A program made the translations under genes and the position numbers. From the NCBI GenBank assembly GCA_903945175.1, contig CAJAUM010000106.1:20335-84334 (forward strand): DNA of 64,000 nt, read 5' to 3'. The stretch is from an uncultured Bacteroidales bacterium (GTDB lineage: Bacteria; Bacteroidota; Bacteroidia; Bacteroidales; FEN-979). A model generated the notes under the pieces. That model was given only the letters and a program-made list of their open reading frames with translations. It was not told the DNA's origin and did no database searches. This document shows positions 59,532-64,000 of this stretch, one piece after another (the stretch's first letter is position 1; every line of letters starts with the position of its first letter).

Positions 59532-59534
59532 TGG

Positions 59535-60269
59535 TTACTGTACCTTCGTGACCGATCCGGCGCCTGAAACCTGCTGATCGATTTCTGTAGGGGAACCCTT
59601 GTACTTTACACTGCCGGCACCCGAAATTTCAGCCCGGATCCTTTTGGAAACGTTGAGCTGGGCATTGCCAGCACCACTGATATCAATATCATAGTTCTCC
59701 GCAATCATATCAAAAGCAAAGATGTCTGAGGCTCCGGAGAGATCCATGGTTACATCAACAGCAGTTCCCGTGAATTTCATCTTGCTGGCGCCGCTGCAAC
59801 CGAGTTTTAACTTTTGAACCGCTATCTCAAGTTTTGAATCTGAGGCCCCTGAGGCATCAATGCTGAGTTCGGGAACGGTAATACGGCCCTCGGTACTGAT
59901 ATCTACAGCACCACTCACATCTATGTTCTTCAGATTTTTAACTGTCACATAAACTTTCATGACTGTAACATGGTGCACCGGTTTCCGGGTTTCAATTCTC
60001 AGCGTTCCGCCCACAACTTCGGTCCGGATGATTGGAAGCAGGTTTGCATCGGTTTCTACGGTAACCTCTTCGACTGCACCCTGTTTGAGAACAATATCAA
60101 AAGCCCCGGACACTTCAATACCATCAAATGAGGGGACTTTACGAATCTCCTTCAGCACATTTCCATCCCCGTGAACTCCTCCGGTGACATGGCAACTGGC
60201 AAAAAGACTCGTCATCCCTAAAAACAGGCTGATAAACATGATTTTTGAAAATAATTTCATTGTTTTCAT
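59535..60269 (-). CDS. Exported DUF2807-like ('head GIN' putative adhesin-fold) protein
   Basis: Lipoprotein-like signal ...TSLFASC, then repeated ..SGAG/SGAS/SGAV.. beta-solenoid-like units (VSGAFDI, VSGAVDI, ASGASDS, ISGAGNA, ISGAGSV, VSGAGSV). Confidence 0.6.
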   Translation of the reverse strand: MKTMKLFSKIMFISLFLGMTSLFASCHVTGGVHGDGNVLKEIRKVPSFDGIEVSGAFDIVLKQGAVEEVTVETDANLLPIIRTEVVGGTLRIETRKPVHHVTVMKVYVTVKNLKNIDVSGAVDISTEGRITVPELSIDASGASDSKLEIAVQKLKLGCSGASKMKFTGTAVDVTMDLSGASDIFAFDMIAENYDIDISGAGNAQLNVSKRIRAEISGAGSVKYKGSPTEIDQQVSGAGSVTKVQ

Positions 60270-60323
60270 AGGTTAAAATTTAAATTGTTGGACGAAGGAA
60301 AAAATATTGGTTACAAACTTTCT

Positions 60324-61376
60324 TTATTCAAGACTTACATTCCCGTACTCACTATGAACAACCACCTTGCTTACCGGAGCCTCTGTCGCTCCTACCGTTC
60401 CTTTATACACACTGGAAGTAGGCGTCGTAGAGCGGAATGAAAATTTGGCTTTGTCTGACGGGAAATTCAGATTGCAATATTTAACATCAGCATCCAGGCT
60501 GTATTTGGACTGTTCATTCAATCCGATTGAGACATCGCCATATCTATTCTGAATATTTACAGATGAAAAATCAGCAGCCATTTCATGAACATCACAGTTC
60601 CCATATTGAATATCAAGATTCAGGCTCTGTTCAATGCGCTGGATATCAATATCAGAGAATTTCGATTTACTTTGCAAGGCCGATGAATTTTCCAAATTCA
60701 GTTTACCGCCTTCAAAAACCACATTGAGTGCAATGATTTTTTCAGCATCAAGGTTTGAAAATTTTGAATCGAGCCTTAAACTGCCAGCATAATCCAGGTT
60801 CATTTCAGAATATTTTAACATCATCACTGCACCTTTAACCCAGTTTAAGCTTGCTTTGCTAAACTTAATGTCCAGCAGATTATCTGAACTTCCAAGTTTT
60901 TTTGCCTCCAGGTTTCCATATCCCAGGTTAATCTTCGTCTTTCCCTGTACTTCATTGATGAAGATATCGCCGAATTTATTTGTCAGGTCGAGACTGATGG
61001 TAACCGGCATCGATATGATGTAATCAATTGAAAAGCTCCCTTTTCCTGAGCCTTTTCCATCCTGGATACTTGTAACCGCATTCACGGAGGATGGTGAATC
61101 GGTAAAATCGATCGAGATCCTGTTGAAGCGTTTGACAGCCTCTTCCTGGTCGCTGGCATCAACTGTGATGGTGACTTCGATTAAAATGGAATTTTTATCC
61201 CAGTTGGCACAGTGTATCTTTCCGAAACGGTTGTTAACAGTAAGCTGTGCATCAGGATTGACGGTGAATTCCTTTTTAATCACCTTGGTAAATTCATCAT
61301 GGGCCTTCACCCCTTTTATGCAAAGCAGGAAAAGGAAAACCAGCGTAAAGAAGGTAATTTTTATTATTGTTTTCAT
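60324..61376 (-). CDS. Exported DUF4097-like beta-helical protein
   Basis: Signal/TM, then repeats ending in ..FGDI/YGNL/YGNC/YGDV/YGNV.. typical of DUF4097/LiaG-like proteins. Confidence 0.55.
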   Translation of the reverse strand: MKTIIKITFFTLVFLFLLCIKGVKAHDEFTKVIKKEFTVNPDAQLTVNNRFGKIHCANWDKNSILIEVTITVDASDQEEAVKRFNRISIDFTDSPSSVNAVTSIQDGKGSGKGSFSIDYIISMPVTISLDLTNKFGDIFINEVQGKTKINLGYGNLEAKKLGSSDNLLDIKFSKASLNWVKGAVMMLKYSEMNLDYAGSLRLDSKFSNLDAEKIIALNVVFEGGKLNLENSSALQSKSKFSDIDIQRIEQSLNLDIQYGNCDVHEMAADFSSVNIQNRYGDVSIGLNEQSKYSLDADVKYCNLNFPSDKAKFSFRSTTPTSSVYKGTVGATEAPVSKVVVHSEYGNVSLE

Positions 61377-61382
61377 GACAAA

Positions 61383-61919
61383 CTATTTTTTGGATTGTGA
61401 AAGTTGCTTGATGATGTTGTTCAGAATGGATTCTTTCATCTGCTGGTTCTGGATAATGGCATCCAGAATGTGTTCATTACCGGGATTGACCAGCAGGGTG
61501 TTTTTCAGTTCGGCTGTTGACAGGTTCAGTTTTGAAATTTCGCTTAACGCAGTCTCGTTTAATGAAATGGCTTCCGAATTGCATGATGCCAGGGTATTCA
61601 GGGTTCCCATTTGCACCATGGCCTGGTTGTCATAATACTGAATCGCTTCCGTTATTTCAAGTGGCAATTCTGATCCCTGGTTTAATAACACAAATCGTTC
61701 ACCAATCTCCCTGGTGACAAATTCGACTACAATAACACTTACACTGATCAGGATGACGATCAAAGCTGCAACCTTAAGCAGACGGCTGCGTGTGTGACTT
61801 ACTGCCAGGACCGGCTGGCTGCTCATACGGTTCTGAAATCTCCCGAAATGATCCTGTTCTGGCTCAAATGAATCGAATTCTCCGAGGTGCTCCCTGATAT
61901 ACTTTTCCAGTTCCGGCAT
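61383..61919 (-). CDS. Membrane-anchored anti-sigma factor (candidate)
   Basis: 178 aa with a single TM, LLKVAALIVILISVSVIVVEFV. It starts 2 nt after the ECF sigma stop. Confidence 0.55.
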   Translation of the reverse strand: MPELEKYIREHLGEFDSFEPEQDHFGRFQNRMSSQPVLAVSHTRSRLLKVAALIVILISVSVIVVEFVTREIGERFVLLNQGSELPLEITEAIQYYDNQAMVQMGTLNTLASCNSEAISLNETALSEISKLNLSTAELKNTLLVNPGNEHILDAIIQNQQMKESILNNIIKQLSQSKK

Positions 61920-61921
61920 GG

Positions 61922-62494
61922 TTAATTTGCGCTAAATGTATGGTGAAAATTATTTTTCTTTAATAATCCGAGTAATTTCCGGCGTGCACGAAAGTAGCGG
62001 GTTCGCGAAAGCTGATTTGAAATATGCAATATCTGGGAGATCTCCTCGTGATCATATCCTTCAAGAAGGAAAAGTGATAAAACAACCCGGTACTCCTCCG
62101 GCAGATAAAACATTGCTTTTTTGACCTCTTCTACCTGAAACTGGATTTCATCCTCCCTGTTTTCTTCGGCGGTATCGGGCACATCGTACACCTCTTCGTC
62201 AAGAGAAACGGTATTTTTCTGTTTTCTTAAATAATCAAGGGACCTGTTGACCACAATCCGTTTCAGCCAGGAACCGAAGCTGCCCGCACCCGAATAGCGA
62301 TCCAACTGCTGAAATCCATCCAGGAAAGATTCCTGCATGATATCCTCAGCTTCGGCCATATCGTTGACAATTCTGAGACTGGTATTGAACATGGCTTTAT
62401 AATAGAGTTTATAGATTTTAAATTGTGCATCTCTGTCGCCATTGCGACAGGCATCAATCAATTTCTGATGAATATGTATATAAGCGCCTTCCAA
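61922..62494 (-). CDS. ECF-type RNA polymerase sigma factor (sigma-70 family group 4)
   Basis: Region 2 AEDIMQESFLDGF...WLKRIVVNRSLDYLR; region 4 EEISQILHISNQLSRTRYFRARRKL. It has an apparent TTG start. Confidence 0.85.
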   Translation of the reverse strand: MEGAYIHIHQKLIDACRNGDRDAQFKIYKLYYKAMFNTSLRIVNDMAEAEDIMQESFLDGFQQLDRYSGAGSFGSWLKRIVVNRSLDYLRKQKNTVSLDEEVYDVPDTAEENREDEIQFQVEEVKKAMFYLPEEYRVVLSLFLLEGYDHEEISQILHISNQLSRTRYFRARRKLLGLLKKNNFHHTFSAN

Positions 62495-62621
62495 TCTATC
62501 GGATTTTTGACAATGGACTGAGGTGAATTTAAAATGTTACAGTTCACAGATAAAATTATTAAAAAAATCATCCATTCCGCCATGGTCATTCGTTATTCAT
62601 TATAGGTAAATCGCAGAGAAG

Positions 62622-63527
62622 ATGTACTTTTGCGCCAGATTGAAAAAATTTCACATACCTGTATATTTTTTTCCCCTTGCAGCCATGCTTTTTTGGGGAC
62701 TTTCCTTTATTTGGAGCTCCATCCTGCTGAAATATTATGAACCTGTCACCATCATTTTTATCCGGCTTATCATCTCTGCTGCTTTCCTTTTTACGATTAT
62801 TCATTTTTTCTGGAAACGTGAAAAGATCAGCCTGAAAGACTACAGATTGATTTTTCTCAGTGCATTGTTCAATCCATTCCTCTATTTTCTTGGGGAGAAT
62901 TACGGATTAAAATTTTCCACGCCCTCCATCTCTGCAGTAATCATTGCAACCATTCCTGTTTTTTCTCCAGTAATAGCTTTTCTGAGTGTCAGAGAAAAAC
63001 TAACCCCCATTAATTTTGTTGGAATTGCCATCTCTTTTAGTGGTGTAGTCATGATGCTTGTCACCGGGAATCTTTCCCTCGCAGCTGATATCCGTGGGAT
63101 TCTTTGTTTATTCGGGGCTGTTCTGGCTGCCTTGCTCTACACGGTCACATTGAGAAAACTCACTGTCAAATATTCGGCACTGACTTTGATTGCCTGGCAA
63201 AACCTGATCGGTATTTTTCTCTTTTTACCTCTTTTTTTGGTATTTGAATTCAAATCAGCCATAGATGTTCCCCTGAACAGAGAGATCATCACATCCATGC
63301 TACTTTTAGCAATCCTTGCCTCTTCAGTCTCTTTTGTTTTTTTTGCACATTCAGTTAAACTACTGGGAATCAGCAAATCAAATATCTTTTCAAACCTGAT
63401 CCCTGTATTTACGGCCATATTCTCATTTATTCTGCTATCAGAAGAGTTTACCCTCCAAAAAGTCGCAGGGATCACACTGGTAATTGGCGGAGTTTACCTT
63501 TCGGAAAGAACAAGAAGGCGAATTTAG
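62622..63527 (+). CDS. EamA/DMT-family transporter
   Basis: 10 predicted TM helices in two EamA halves. N-terminal ...AAMLFWGLSFIW is typical of the family. Confidence 0.8.
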   Translation: MYFCARLKKFHIPVYFFPLAAMLFWGLSFIWSSILLKYYEPVTIIFIRLIISAAFLFTIIHFFWKREKISLKDYRLIFLSALFNPFLYFLGENYGLKFSTPSISAVIIATIPVFSPVIAFLSVREKLTPINFVGIAISFSGVVMMLVTGNLSLAADIRGILCLFGAVLAALLYTVTLRKLTVKYSALTLIAWQNLIGIFLFLPLFLVFEFKSAIDVPLNREIITSMLLLAILASSVSFVFFAHSVKLLGISKSNIFSNLIPVFTAIFSFILLSEEFTLQKVAGITLVIGGVYLSERTRRRI

Positions 63528-63574
63528 CTCCCCATTTTTATGCTATCTTTGCTTGACTATATTTGACAAAACAG

Positions 63575-64000
63575 ATGATTTTTAGACCTGAGAAACTGAA
63601 AATAAAAGATCTGCGGATGAAACCTTTCATCGATCCGGATGAAATATGGGAATTCATTCGTACGCGTCCGGCAACAAAGGAGCAAGTCAGGGATATCATC
63701 GCAAAATCTCTCGATAAAAACCGGTTGACTCTTGCCGAAACAGCTGTTCTAATAAATGCAACAGATCAGGATCTCATTGAAGAAATCAAACAGGGAGCGC
63801 GTAAATTGAAAGAAAAAGTGTACGGTCAGCGGATCGTGCTCTTTGCCCCTTTATATATCGGGAATCTGTGTACTAACAATTGTGCTTACTGCGGATTTAA
63901 AGCATCTAACAAGCAATTAAAACGGGTTACACTCGACCATGATGATCTGGTTTGCCAGGTTAAAGCGCTGGAAGATTCAGGCCAGAAAAGATTAATCCTG
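63575..64000 (+). CDS. Radical-SAM tyrosine-lyase family protein, HydG-like (N-terminal 142 aa; continues beyond the window); ThiH not excluded
   Basis: Open-ended, so not in the ORF track. ATG 63575 gives ...LTLAETAVLINATDQDLIEEIKQGARKLKEKVYGQRIVLFAPLYIGNLCTNNCAYCGF (CxxxCxxC radical-SAM cluster motif). Confidence 0.6.
   Translation, partial: MIFRPEKLKIKDLRMKPFIDPDEIWEFIRTRPATKEQVRDIIAKSLDKNRLTLAETAVLINATDQDLIEEIKQGARKLKEKVYGQRIVLFAPLYIGNLCTNNCAYCGFKASNKQLKRVTLDHDDLVCQVKALEDSGQKRLIL

Noticed and set aside
62636-62643. TACTTTTG -7-like box just inside the EamA transporter ORF, suggesting a later start at ATG 62685
   Set aside because: Starting at 62685 would truncate the first EamA transmembrane helix (IPVYFFPLAAMLFWGLSFIW). 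The motif is probably coincidental, so the 62622 start is kept with some uncertainty.

Overview
This is a densely coding chromosomal segment of a Bacteroidota genome. The phylum call rests on a SusC/SusD pair, T9SS type-A and type-B C-terminal sorting domains, a 287-aa primary sigma factor and TAnnTTTG -7 promoter boxes. A HydG-like radical-SAM gene at the right edge hints at an anaerobic or facultative lifestyle. I call about 55 protein genes. I saw no rRNA, tRNA, CRISPR array, transposase or integrase. Left to right: (1) A signalling block (1-7.9 kb) holds a receiver, a TPR histidine kinase, and a tight minus-strand operon of receiver-PAS-histidine kinase -> RsbW-like ATPase fused to a GNAT acetyltransferase -> HDAC-family deacetylase. 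(2) A short (1009 aa) DnaE2-like Pol III alpha paralog carries two in-frame heptanucleotide repeat arrays. (3) A peptide-catabolism block (11-23.5 kb) holds an M14 carboxypeptidase, an OSBS/NSAR-type enolase-superfamily enzyme, an M28 peptidase and an isoaspartyl dipeptidase. Diverging from the dipeptidase is a four-gene operon: lipoprotein cyanophycinase - SusC - SusD - PKD/YWTD-propeller lipoprotein. (4) An SOS-like cassette has an XRE-HTH/S24 LexA-like repressor divergent from ORF6N-dinB. (5) A nucleotide-sugar block contains ugd, uxs, rfbD and a phosphosugar mutase. (6) Housekeeping genes follow: recA, nth, recR, glmM, aroE, rpsO-pnp, rpoD, rpe, ligA. (7) An Arn-like trio comprises a GT-C glycosyltransferase, a DegT aminotransferase and a polyprenyl-phosphate GT2. 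(8) An ECF sigma / anti-sigma / DUF4097-like / DUF2807-like operon comes next, then an EamA transporter. The most interesting candidates are the cyanophycinase-led SusC/D operon, the kinase-acetyltransferase-deacetylase operon, the TGACGNN heptamer repeat family, and a sequence motif shared between the LexA-like promoter and the region upstream of the DnaE2-like gene. All functional calls come from reading motifs in the translations. No database search was possible.
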